A DNA stretch of 64,000 nt from an uncultured Verrucomicrobiota bacterium (GTDB lineage: Bacteria; Verrucomicrobiota; Verrucomicrobiia; Limisphaerales; UBA8199): assembly GCA_964631605.1 (NCBI GenBank), contig CAZVYG010000007.1, forward strand, positions 473 to 64,472. The letters are read 5' to 3'. Both the position numbers and the translations under genes were made by a program. Shown here one piece after another: positions 39,217 through 48,130 of the stretch. Each line of letters starts with the position of its first letter. The stretch's first letter is position 1. The notes beneath the pieces were generated by a model. It was given only the letters and a program-made list of their open reading frames with translations. It did not search any database and was not told where the DNA came from.

Positions 39217-39822
39217 ATGAAGAGGTTGATCATCACTCTGAGTGTGTTGGTTCTAACGGCAACAGCGATGGCCCAGGAACACTTGCCGCGACAGGAGGCC
39301 CTCAAATATGCCTTCCTGGTAAGCGTGGATTTGAAAAACTTGCAGGGCACGCCCATCCCCACAGACGTTGACGTCAAACGCGCTGTGGCCATGCGCGACG
39401 GGGACTACGGGGCCTTGGTCCTGCCCGAGGCGAAACTGAGCGTGACCGCGGTCGCCAACGCCGGCGCCTCGGTGGTGCCGCTTGGCCAGCTTTGGCTGCA
39501 TCGCCTGACTCCCATGAAGGACGGCAGCGGCATCCCCGAGGACAGCCTGCGGCTGGTCACAGTAGAGGCCGGGCAGGAAACCGGAACTGCCGTGCAATGC
39601 GCCCTGGGCGTCAAAGGCAACGGCTCCGGAGGTTTGGAACTGCTCCTTTATGGGAAAGGCCAGGAACCGGTGCTGAGCGTGCCTTTGCGCCAGGCGGAAA
39701 GCTCGAACGACGCCCCCATCAGCATGGATGCCGAGCGCACCGGCGACGAGGGGGGAAGAATCATCCTCCGCATTCTGGGCCGGTACCGGGCGAGCATTCC
39801 TGTGACTGAACTCGGCTTTTAG
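39217..39822 (+). CDS. secreted hypothetical protein
   Basis: Signal peptide MKRLIITLSVLVLTATAMAQ. 201 aa with no recognisable motifs. Confidence 0.55.
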   Translation: MKRLIITLSVLVLTATAMAQEHLPRQEALKYAFLVSVDLKNLQGTPIPTDVDVKRAVAMRDGDYGALVLPEAKLSVTAVANAGASVVPLGQLWLHRLTPMKDGSGIPEDSLRLVTVEAGQETGTAVQCALGVKGNGSGGLELLLYGKGQEPVLSVPLRQAESSNDAPISMDAERTGDEGGRIILRILGRYRASIPVTELGF

Positions 39823-39941
39823 CCGGGCATAATTCCCGGGAAACAGGGGAGTGGGGCCGAGGGGCTGTCTGGAAAAAAGACAAGTAGATTGCCCTTTGAC
39901 TCGGCGGCGTTCGGTGGCGAAGTGTTAGCGTGAGACCACCG

Positions 39942-40706
39942 ATGCGCGCGAGTCTGAAAACAGAGAATTCCAAAACGGAACGGGCTTTTTGCCGGCCGGG
40001 GCGGCCGGCTTTTACCCTCATCGAGCTGCTGGTCGTGATTGCCATTATCGCGATCCTGGCCGCGATGTTGTTGCCTGCGTTGTCCAAAGCCAAGGAGCGG
40101 GCCAAGCTGACCGGGTGTTTGAATAATCTGCGGCAAGTCGGGCTGGCCACCACGATTTACGCCAACGACCTCAAGGACGAGCTCCCGCCGCGCCTAGCCA
40201 AAGGGTCGGATGGGACCTTTTACTCGAGCCAATACGCCTGGGTCGGCCGGGCGGGAAATGTCAACCCGTACAACTTCATGGATGCCTCCGGGCGTCCGCT
40301 GAACTCCTACCTGGGGACTTATGCCCCGACAGGTGAAGTGGAGGTGGCGCGGTGCCCGAGCGAGAGCAAGGCAACCGGGAGTTATTATAAATACGGTTCC
40401 TCCTTTCCCAACAATGTTCACGGCGACCCCGCTTTCAATACGCTTGGCGTGGGCAATGACCGAAGCTGCAAACTTTCCCAAATCAAAAGCGTCACCCGCA
40501 TGGTGGTGATTGGCGAGGCCGGCTGCTATTTCCCATCTTGGAACGGGACGGCCGCCCCCGTCGAGGAATACCGGCACACCAAATACCCTGACCACCGTTG
40601 GAACATGGCCTTTGCCGACGGCCACGCCGAATTCATGAGAATTCCGCTCACCAACGGCATCCGCAGCATGTATGGGGTGAATTTTACCTTTAACCGGGAT
40701 AAGTAG
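39942..40706 (+). CDS. prepilin-type N-terminal cleavage/methylation protein, DUF1559-like
   Basis: [46 protein letters not shown]. The C-terminal [11 protein letters not shown] is an H-Xn-DG-like motif with shorter spacing than canonical. I prefer the ATG at 39942 to the GTG at 39930. Confidence 0.85.
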   Translation: MRASLKTENSKTERAFCRPGRPAFTLIELLVVIAIIAILAAMLLPALSKAKERAKLTGCLNNLRQVGLATTIYANDLKDELPPRLAKGSDGTFYSSQYAWVGRAGNVNPYNFMDASGRPLNSYLGTYAPTGEVEVARCPSESKATGSYYKYGSSFPNNVHGDPAFNTLGVGNDRSCKLSQIKSVTRMVVIGEAGCYFPSWNGTAAPVEEYRHTKYPDHRWNMAFADGHAEFMRIPLTNGIRSMYGVNFTFNRDK

Positions 40707-40772
40707 GGAACTCGTCCGTCAACTCATTGCACAGAAAAGCCTGTTTAACAAAACCAGAACCCAACTCCAGTA

Positions 40773-43700
40773 ATGAAAATGCGTCATGTAATTCGAACCA
40801 CACGACTTCTGGCCATCGCGGCCGGAGTGCTGTTCACTGCCGGCAGTCAGGCCGGCATTATCTATAGCGACACCTTCCAGACCTATCCGGTCCAAAGTCC
40901 AGCGCCCAACCCGCTGACCAACGGCCCGGCGGGAGGTCAATGGTGGTTTGTGGATCCCACGCCCCCAACGATTGGGGCCAACGAACACCGCATCTACGAT
41001 TCCGGAACCGGTGGCTCAGCCCTGCAAAGCCGATGCTGGATCAGCAGTGCTGATAATGCCAAAATAACCAACGCCATCACCCTTCCAGCACTGCCGCCCG
41101 GGCCGGGACCGCACACTTTCACCCTGACGTTCCTGGCCGCGACCGACACGACGACGGCGGGCCGAAGGGCGACCTTTCTCTATGAGATCGCCAGCACAGG
41201 CGGCAACCTGCAATTTGTCTCCGGCGGCAACCTCGACGCCAGCCAGGCCTTTACGGGGCTCGCGGGTTACGGCGTGGCCCCGGAAGGGGCAAAGGGCAAG
41301 ACCGATGACCGCAAATTCCAAGTGGTTTTCACCGGCGCGAACCTCACCACCTCGGACAAGATTTTTGTCAGCCTGGCGCGGGTGACCAATTCGGGCGCGG
41401 CGGGTGCCTTTATCGCGATAGACGACGTTTCCCTTGCGTTGAACTTTGGGCCGCCGGTGGTGGTGCAAGACCCGGTTTCACAAACGGTATCCGCGGGTGA
41501 CCCAGTCACCTTCACTGCCGTATTCACGAATTTTCCGGATGTTTACCAATGGTATAAGAACGACGTGGCCATTCCGGGCGCCACCTCGACCAGCTACACG
41601 ATTCCTTTTGTCACCAAGCCGGATGAAGGATCCTATCGGCTCTGGGCCACCAACAGCGAAGGTTTCGCGGGGACCGCACCGGCCACCTTGACGGTGAATG
41701 ATCCCACCGCGCCGACCCTGGCGAGTGCCCGGGGCTTGCTCACACTGGAGCATGCGCTGATTCGGTTTTCAGAACCCGTGGAGGAGGTGTCGGCTACCAA
41801 CGCGTCCAATTACAGCGTCAACAACAGTGTGACCGTCAATAGTGCCACCTTGGTGGATGCCTTTACCGTGGAGCTGTTCACCTCCTCCTTGAATGCCGGG
41901 GCGAACTACACAACAACGGTTTCGGGGGTTCGGGACCTGGCTGGCAACACAATCCAAGCCGGCTCGACGATCAGCTTCTCGACTCCGGCACTCGTGGTGT
42001 CTTCCGCGCGGTACGACGCCGGCACGACGGCAACCCATCCGCTGGGTCCGCCGGATCCAACCAGCGCGGCGGGCGGTTACTGGTCGCAAACCACCAACCT
42101 GAACGCCGGCATGGCGGCTTATGGCGTGATTGACGATCTGGGAACGGGATTGAACGCCTGGACGGTCAGCGACCAGAACAGCTCATCCACGGGCGGCATC
42201 CTGGACTATCGGCTCGCGATTGACGACCGCTCGGACAATTTGGCGCAAAGCAACGGCTGGCGCCTGCTGTTTGTCAGCCGCATGCCGTCCTACCCGATCG
42301 GGACTACGCCGGTCGTGCTTTACAGTCACCCCGGCATTCCGCGCCGCTACGGCATGGTGTTTGGCGTGAACGCCAATAACGAACTGACGGCGGCACTCTT
42401 GGGCGGGGCCACTTACGTGCTGCCCGGCGATCCCCTGGCCTATCATACCCATGTCATCGTGTTCGATCCGGCTACGACCAATGCAACGTATTATTGCGAC
42501 GGCCAGCGCATTGTTGCGGGATACACGGGCCAGGCAAATACGGCTTACAACGGCTTGGCGTTCGGCACCGGCTCGAGCACGGCCACCGGCGACATGAATT
42601 TCCATCGTGTCCAACTCGACGTGGTGGGCGGCACGACCCCCGTGGTGGTGTCACATCCGCAGAGTTCGACCAACGGCGTGGGCCAGAAAGTGACTTTCAG
42701 CGCCAGCTTCACTCCCTTTGTCGCCGCTTTTCAGTGGCTGTCCAACAATGTGGTGATTTCGGGGGCGGTCAGCAACTCCTACACGACGGACTTCATTACC
42801 CTGGGAATGAACGGCACGCAGTACCGGTGCCGCGCCCTCCACGCTCTGGGCAACGTGGAGACTGAGCCCGCGACGCTGACAGTTACTTCCGACACCGAAC
42901 CGCCGACCGTGGTCAGCACCAAGGGCTCGCTGCTTCTCGACCGCGTGGTGATCACCTATTCCGAGCCGGTGCTCGAGTTCTATGCCACGAACATCGCCAA
43001 CTACGTCTGGGTCAACCCGGGAGTGACGAACCTGTCCGCCCGGTTGGCAGATCCTTTGACCGTCGAGCTTCGAACGACGCCGCAGGCGGCCAACAGCAAC
43101 TATACCGTCCGGATCAGCAACGTTCGCGATACCTCCAACCTACCCATCGCCAATAACACTCTGGCTTCCTTCAAAACGGCCAGACTGGCGGTTTTCGCCA
43201 AGTACGACGCGGGTAACACTACGTCCCGGCCGGCGGGTCCTCCCGACCCTGCGACCGCCGAGGGCGGTTCGTGGGTGGTCAATCTTGGCACGGATCCGCT
43301 GCTGATCACCAACGCGGTGCTTGATGATTTCGGCACAGGTTTGCACGCTTGGGAAGTAACTGACCAGACCACCGGCGCCGGCCAGTTCATCCAGTTCAAT
43401 GCGCCAATGACACCCGAGCAGCAGGCGGCTGCCCGAGCCAATGGCTGGGTCATGTCCATCCGGGGCCGCTTCGCCAACGATTTTGGCAGCAGCTTCACGG
43501 TGATGTCACAGGCCGGAGATCAAGCCGGCAACCGGGTGCTTTTGTGGTTTGATATTGACGCCGGCGGCGCGCTGGTGGTTCGTCCACAGGGATCGGCGGA
43601 TATCACCCTGACGGAGCCCGGCCTGGGGATTCTGGAGTATCATCTGCACCAGGTGGTGTGGGACCCCACGAGGACCAACGCCTCCTACTATTTTGACGGG

Positions 43701-44030
43701 CAATTGGTCCTCAGTGGCTGGCCGGGAGACGTGTCCGGTTTCACCTATCCGGGCATGCAATGGGGAACCGGTTCAAGCGCCAACCAGGGGAGCATGAACT
43801 TCAATCTGGTCGAGTTCAAGGTGGTGGAACCGCCGGCCCGGCCATACGTGGCGGCCGTGCTTAACGGCGCCAATCTCGACGTTTACTACACGGGCATTCT
43901 GGAAGCTGCCGCAGCCGTGGGTGAGAACATGGCGTGGACGGCAGTGGCAACCAACACGACGTTCGGCACCAACGTGTTCTCGATCCCGGCGACCAGCCAG
44001 CAGTATTTCCGCGCCAAGGCAGTGGAATAG
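40773..44030 (+). CDS. 1085-aa secreted multi-domain protein: N-terminal jelly-roll plus two tandem Ig-like/SbsA-like/LamG-like modules
   Basis: Signal peptide MKMRHVIRTTRLLAIAAGVLFTAGSQA. Ig I-set-like segments are YQWYKNDVAIPGATSTSY..GSYRLWATN and FQWLSNNVVISGAVSNSY..TQYRCRALH. LamG-like ends are DMNFHRVQLDVV and SMNFNLVEFKVV. Confidence 0.75.
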   Translation: MKMRHVIRTTRLLAIAAGVLFTAGSQAGIIYSDTFQTYPVQSPAPNPLTNGPAGGQWWFVDPTPPTIGANEHRIYDSGTGGSALQSRCWISSADNAKITNAITLPALPPGPGPHTFTLTFLAATDTTTAGRRATFLYEIASTGGNLQFVSGGNLDASQAFTGLAGYGVAPEGAKGKTDDRKFQVVFTGANLTTSDKIFVSLARVTNSGAAGAFIAIDDVSLALNFGPPVVVQDPVSQTVSAGDPVTFTAVFTNFPDVYQWYKNDVAIPGATSTSYTIPFVTKPDEGSYRLWATNSEGFAGTAPATLTVNDPTAPTLASARGLLTLEHALIRFSEPVEEVSATNASNYSVNNSVTVNSATLVDAFTVELFTSSLNAGANYTTTVSGVRDLAGNTIQAGSTISFSTPALVVSSARYDAGTTATHPLGPPDPTSAAGGYWSQTTNLNAGMAAYGVIDDLGTGLNAWTVSDQNSSSTGGILDYRLAIDDRSDNLAQSNGWRLLFVSRMPSYPIGTTPVVLYSHPGIPRRYGMVFGVNANNELTAALLGGATYVLPGDPLAYHTHVIVFDPATTNATYYCDGQRIVAGYTGQANTAYNGLAFGTGSSTATGDMNFHRVQLDVVGGTTPVVVSHPQSSTNGVGQKVTFSASFTPFVAAFQWLSNNVVISGAVSNSYTTDFITLGMNGTQYRCRALHALGNVETEPATLTVTSDTEPPTVVSTKGSLLLDRVVITYSEPVLEFYATNIANYVWVNPGVTNLSARLADPLTVELRTTPQAANSNYTVRISNVRDTSNLPIANNTLASFKTARLAVFAKYDAGNTTSRPAGPPDPATAEGGSWVVNLGTDPLLITNAVLDDFGTGLHAWEVTDQTTGAGQFIQFNAPMTPEQQAAARANGWVMSIRGRFANDFGSSFTVMSQAGDQAGNRVLLWFDIDAGGALVVRPQGSADITLTEPGLGILEYHLHQVVWDPTRTNASYYFDGQLVLSGWPGDVSGFTYPGMQWGTGSSANQGSMNFNLVEFKVVEPPARPYVAAVLNGANLDVYYTGILEAAAAVGENMAWTAVATNTTFGTNVFSIPATSQQYFRAKAVE
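41451..42623 (+). repeat. intragenic tandem module, copy A (aa 227-617 of 40773..44030)
   Basis: Aligns by eye with copy B at ATLTVNDPTAPT, YDAGTTATHPLGPPDPTSAAGGYW, DDLGTGLNAWTVSDQ, YHTHVIVFDPATTNATYYCDGQ and DMNFHRVQLDVV. Confidence 0.7.
42636..43823 (+). repeat. intragenic tandem module, copy B (aa 622-1017 of 40773..44030)
   Basis: Counterparts of the copy A anchors: ATLTVTSDTEPPT, YDAGNTTSRPAGPPDPATAEGGSW, DDFGTGLHAWEVTDQ, YHLHQVVWDPTRTNASYYFDGQ and SMNFNLVEFKVV. Confidence 0.7.
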
Positions 44031-44051
44031 GCGCAAGTTCATAAGGGTTGA

Positions 44052-44083
44052 AAGCGCGGTTCCACGAAAGTGGAGCCGCGCTT
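44052..44083. terminator. strong GNRA-loop hairpin between convergent genes (terminator-like, no clear U-tract)
   Basis: A 14-bp stem, AAGCGCGGTTCCAC / GAAA / GTGGAGCCGCGCTT with one G-U pair, lies between the 40773..44030 (+) and 44165..45103 (-) gene ends. Confidence 0.4.
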
Positions 44084-44164
44084 GAACTGTACGAAACGGA
44101 CCTGGGCCGCGGCTCGATCCCTGAATCAGAGGCAAGGCAAGCGGGGCGCCCGAACCGGAGGGAA

Positions 44165-45103
44165 TCAGACCGGTGCGGCTTCGGAGAGCGGCGGGGCCAG
44201 GATGCCGAGGCTGGCGATTTGCTCGCGCAGTGCCGCAATTTGGGAATCGGTCAGGCGCCGAACGGGCGGGCGAACCGGACCGCAATCCACGCCAAGCATA
44301 GCCATGATGGCTTTGCCCGCGGCGAGAACGCCATACTGGCAGAGCACCTCGACGAGCTTGACGGATTGCCGCTGGAGTCGTTGAGCAGTAACCATCTCGC
44401 CGGCCTGAAACGCGACAATGATTTTGTGATAAAGGGGCGCGGCGTAATTGTAGGTGCTGCCCACCGCCCCGGGACAGCCCAGGGCCAGACCCGCGAGCAG
44501 CATCTCGTCCACCCCAAACAAAATGTTAAAGCGGCCGTCCTCCAGTTCGAGGCATTGCTGCAGCGCCATCAGGTTGGTCGTGGTGAATTTCAACCCGGCC
44601 AGGTTCGGAATCCGCGCGGCAGCCTTACGGAGAAAGTCCGGCATGGAAAGGCTTACGCCTGTAAGAGCCGGAATGTCGTAGAAATAAAAGGGCAGGGAGG
44701 GCGCGGCCGCCGCAACCGGCACGCAGAATTCCACGAGGTCCTCGACACTCGCAGGCTTGAAATAGCAGGGGGCCATGATGGCGACCGCGTCCGCGCCGAT
44801 ACGCTGGGCATGGCCCGCGAGCGCGCGGGCATCCTCCAGGCAATTGTGACCCGCATGCACGATCAATTTGACGGGAGAATGAGCGAGCGCTTTCTTCCAC
44901 GCCTCGGCGATTTGCATCCGCTCGGCAGTGGTCAGGGAGTGGGATTCGCCGGTGCTGCCGCAAATGAACGCGCCGCTAATGTGGTTGCAGCCCAGCAGGC
45001 GGGCTTGCGCGGCCACCACGCCCAGATTCAGGCTGCCATCCAGCCTCATGGGCGTGTGGGGCGCCGCTACCAACCCAGACAGGAAGCGCGAGTATCCATG
45101 CAT
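44165..45103 (-). CDS. DapA/NanA-family class I aldolase (N-acetylneuraminate lyase-like)
   Basis: FICGSTGESHSLTTAERMQI (GSTGE motif) and the Schiff-base Lys context NLAGLKFTTTN. 312 aa. Confidence 0.8.
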   Translation of the reverse strand: MHGYSRFLSGLVAAPHTPMRLDGSLNLGVVAAQARLLGCNHISGAFICGSTGESHSLTTAERMQIAEAWKKALAHSPVKLIVHAGHNCLEDARALAGHAQRIGADAVAIMAPCYFKPASVEDLVEFCVPVAAAAPSLPFYFYDIPALTGVSLSMPDFLRKAAARIPNLAGLKFTTTNLMALQQCLELEDGRFNILFGVDEMLLAGLALGCPGAVGSTYNYAAPLYHKIIVAFQAGEMVTAQRLQRQSVKLVEVLCQYGVLAAGKAIMAMLGVDCGPVRPPVRRLTDSQIAALREQIASLGILAPPLSEAAPV

Positions 45104-45220
45104 ACGACCTCGAAAGTATCGGTTGCTGGCGGGGTGTCCAGCGACGAAAAACCGCTTGTCATTTTGTAAGACAGGTGCATACTTCCCATTTAGACCGCAC
45201 TGCGCTTGCCCTGCGGTGCT

Positions 45221-46291
45221 ATGAACCTGGTTCCCAAACGTTCTTCGCTGGTGGCCCAGACCGTCACCATCCTTCGGGATGGCATCCGCGCCGGTTTGTG
45301 GAAGGGTGTGCTGCCTGGCGAATTGGCTTTATGCGAGCGATTGCAGGTCAGCCGGGTGACGTTGCGGGCCGCGCTGGATCAGTTGCAGCGGGAGGGATGG
45401 TGTCGCGCGGGGCAGGGGCGGCGGCGGGAGATCGTGTCAGAACGCGCGCTGGACTCCGCCGAAAAGCCCAGCGACAGGGTGGTGCTGCTTTCGCCCATGA
45501 CGCTGCAAAACCTCCCCGCCAGCGCGATCTTCTGGGTGGACGCCTTGCGCGACCATTTGGCCGCCGTGGGTTATACGCTCGAATTCCATGCCAGCCACGC
45601 CGCCTACTCGCAGCACCCGGAGCGCGCCTTGGAGTCGCTGGTTCACAAACTGCGGCCGGCCGGATGGGTGTTGTATCTCTCAACCGTGGCGCTGCAGCAA
45701 TGGTTTTCGACCAGGGCCCTGCCCTGTGTGCTCAGCGGCTCACGGCATCCCGGGGTGGTATTGTCCTCGGTGGATATTGACTACGCGGCAACCTGCAGTC
45801 ATGCCGCCGGCCTGTTGGCGGCTCGCGGCCGGACCCACCTGGCCCTGCTGATGCCGCGCAGCGAACAGGCGGGGAACCTCGAGAGTGAGCGCGGGTTTCT
45901 GCAAGGCGCCGAGCGGGTTCAGCATGTCCGGGCGCAGGTGGCGCATCACGATGGGACGGCTGGCGGCATCTGCGCGACGCTGGACCGATTGTTGCGCTGC
46001 AATCCACCGGTGAACGGGATTCTGGTGGCCAAACCGGCCCACGTCGTGACAACGGTAAGCCATCTGCTGCGGCGGGGGGTGCGCCTCCCCGAGCATTTGA
46101 GCGTCATCTCGCGGGATGATGATCCCCTGTTGGAGCACCTGGTTCCAGTCGTCGCCCGCTACCACACGGACCCAATTCTATTCGCGCGGAAAGTCTCGCG
46201 CGCGGTCCTGGACTTGGTGCGCAGCGGGGCGCAGCGCCCCCATGATTCCAGGCTGATGCCCCACCTCATCCGCGGCGAAACACTCGGGTAA
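45221..46291 (+). CDS. transcriptional regulator, GntR-type wHTH fused to a LacI/PBP1-type sugar-binding domain
   Basis: LPGELALCERLQVSRVTLRAALDQLQREGW is a GntR HTH. The C-terminal part has periplasmic-binding-protein-like alternation (VVLLSP.., GILVAKP.., SVISRDDD). I prefer the ATG at 45221 to the TTG at 45206. Confidence 0.75.
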   Translation: MNLVPKRSSLVAQTVTILRDGIRAGLWKGVLPGELALCERLQVSRVTLRAALDQLQREGWCRAGQGRRREIVSERALDSAEKPSDRVVLLSPMTLQNLPASAIFWVDALRDHLAAVGYTLEFHASHAAYSQHPERALESLVHKLRPAGWVLYLSTVALQQWFSTRALPCVLSGSRHPGVVLSSVDIDYAATCSHAAGLLAARGRTHLALLMPRSEQAGNLESERGFLQGAERVQHVRAQVAHHDGTAGGICATLDRLLRCNPPVNGILVAKPAHVVTTVSHLLRRGVRLPEHLSVISRDDDPLLEHLVPVVARYHTDPILFARKVSRAVLDLVRSGAQRPHDSRLMPHLIRGETLG

Positions 46292-46307
46292 GCCCCCCGT
46301 CTGCCGG

Positions 46308-47063
46308 CTAATGCTCGGAGTAGAGCACCCCGACAACGTTCCGGATGTATTGTTCGTCGGCGATGCCGTCCGTGGCTTCGGGTGGAAAGTCCACTTTGCC
46401 TTTAAAATGGGCCGCCAAGTCGCAAAAAAGTTCAATCCTGGCTTCGGGCTGGAATTGGTCGCGGCGCAGTAGGGCCTGCAGAGCGAGGGCGGCTTCCGCG
46501 GGTGAAACCGCCTGGCGCAACCGCGCGGCCAGGTGGGGGTATCGCTGCAGCGAATTGAATTTGCCGGGCAGGACTTGATCCAGGTCCGGCTCCCGCAGCC
46601 GGGGCTGGCGGATGACAACTGTGCCGGCCGCGAGGTCGCCCAGCCGCTGGCACTTGGGGCTGAACCAGCATGCCACACCGCCGACAAAATAGAGGAAAGG
46701 CAACGCATCCACGAATCGGAGCAGGTTGCGGATAACCACCTGATTAAACTGCAGGCGCAGCCCCTCGGCATCCACGACCCGCAGCCGGCACACCTTCTTG
46801 CCAACGGTCTGCCCGCGCCAGAACCATTCGCAAACCATGCCGTACCCGATGCTGATGACGAAATAGCCAAGCGTATTGACCGCCGTTGCCAGCCCCGGAC
46901 TCACAAAGACAAGCAGCAACACGAGGTAACTGACTACGGTCAAAAGCGCGAGGATGCAGAACAAATCAAGCGACCAGGCAAGAAAACGCGCCACGGGGCC
47001 TGCCAGTATTTGCGCGAAGCATATACCTTCCGGCGTGCGAATATGAAGTGAAGGACTGTTCAT
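46308..47063 (-). CDS. RDD family membrane protein
   Basis: The internal ATG at 47063 gives MNSPSLHIRTPEGICFAQILAGPVARFLAWSLDLFCI. WRGQTVGKKVCRLRVVD is the RDD signature. The upstream 259 codons of the track ORF overlap the DUF95 gene in another frame. Confidence 0.8.
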   Translation of the reverse strand: MNSPSLHIRTPEGICFAQILAGPVARFLAWSLDLFCILALLTVVSYLVLLLVFVSPGLATAVNTLGYFVISIGYGMVCEWFWRGQTVGKKVCRLRVVDAEGLRLQFNQVVIRNLLRFVDALPFLYFVGGVACWFSPKCQRLGDLAAGTVVIRQPRLREPDLDQVLPGKFNSLQRYPHLAARLRQAVSPAEAALALQALLRRDQFQPEARIELFCDLAAHFKGKVDFPPEATDGIADEQYIRNVVGVLYSEH

Positions 47064-48121
47064 CCCGGCGCGCTCTGGGGCGTTGCGCGTTCGCCGTCTC
47101 TGACCTGGTTTGCGCCGCCTGGCTCCCGCCCCGGGCGGGTGGTGCCGGATCGGGCAAGAAATAATATGAGGGCCGCCAGCTCCAGGAAGCCGAACGCGAT
47201 TTTGGCCGTGTAAGGAACAATGGGCTCGTGATATTGAGACAGGAACGCTTCCACAAATCCGGCCCAGACCAGCAGCAGGGCGACACCGGAAATCAGGGTC
47301 ACGATGTCGCCCCAAACCCGTCGCAAACGGGCAGTCAGCGGCATCCGGCTGCCCCAGCCGATCAGGGCACTGGCGAGCACCAACCCGGCCTGGCCGGCGA
47401 TGAGAATCGCCGGGATTTCGATCGCGCCGTGCGGCAGGAGCCAGCCGAGCAGAAAGCGGGTTTGACCGGCGGCGACATAATCCACCGCCACGGCTCCAAG
47501 CAGGACGCCGTTGTAGAAAAGCATCAGGACGGTGCCAACGCCCCAAGACATTCCCAGCGCAAGGGTCAGGATGGAAACCTTGGTGTTGTGCGTCATCAGA
47601 AAGGCCGAAAAGGTGGTTTTTGCCCCGGCCAGACGATCTGCCGTGGCCTGCTCCTCCTGGGCGACGCGTTGAGCCGGGTCCTGCTGGAGATGGGGGAAGG
47701 GCATGAGGACCGGCTTGGCCTCGGGGTCCAGCGCAAGGGCAAAGCCGCCCAGCAGGGCTCCCGCCAGCGTCACCGCCAGGGACATCCAGAAGGCCCGCAA
47801 ATGGCGCCGGAAGGTTCGGGGCAAGGTCGCGAAAAACCAATGCAGCGGACGAAAGCCTCGATGCCGGTCGCGCGTCTCATGGATTTCGCCGTAGGCGCGG
47901 GCGACCAGATGCTCAAGATACCGCCTCGTCTGCGGTTCCGAGGAAAACGTGCGGAGCCTGGCCAGGTCTGCGGCGGTGCGCTCGAAGAGCAAATGAAATC
48001 GCTGAGCTTGATCCAGTGACAGGCGCGCGCGGGGGTCTCGCTCCAGTTCATCCAACAGCCGCTCGAGTTCCGACCAGAACGGTCGTTCATTGGCGAGAAA
48101 GCGTTGCAGATCAACGATCAT
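47060..48121 (-). CDS. DUF95 / SpoIIM-like membrane protein
   Basis: THNTKVSILTLALGMSWGVGTVLMLFYNGVLLG and LPHGAIEIPAILIAGQAG are hallmark motifs. It overlaps the RDD start by 4 nt. Confidence 0.8.
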   Translation of the reverse strand: MIVDLQRFLANERPFWSELERLLDELERDPRARLSLDQAQRFHLLFERTAADLARLRTFSSEPQTRRYLEHLVARAYGEIHETRDRHRGFRPLHWFFATLPRTFRRHLRAFWMSLAVTLAGALLGGFALALDPEAKPVLMPFPHLQQDPAQRVAQEEQATADRLAGAKTTFSAFLMTHNTKVSILTLALGMSWGVGTVLMLFYNGVLLGAVAVDYVAAGQTRFLLGWLLPHGAIEIPAILIAGQAGLVLASALIGWGSRMPLTARLRRVWGDIVTLISGVALLLVWAGFVEAFLSQYHEPIVPYTAKIAFGFLELAALILFLARSGTTRPGREPGGANQVRDGERATPQSAPG

Positions 48122-48130
48122 GGGCAGTCG

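Noticed and set aside
47064-47840. N-terminal 259 codons of track ORF 46308..47840 (510 aa)
   Set aside because: This part overlaps the DUF95/SpoIIM-like gene in a different frame and is Pro/Gly/Arg-rich noise. The RDD protein begins at the internal ATG at 47063, giving the common 4-nt overlap.
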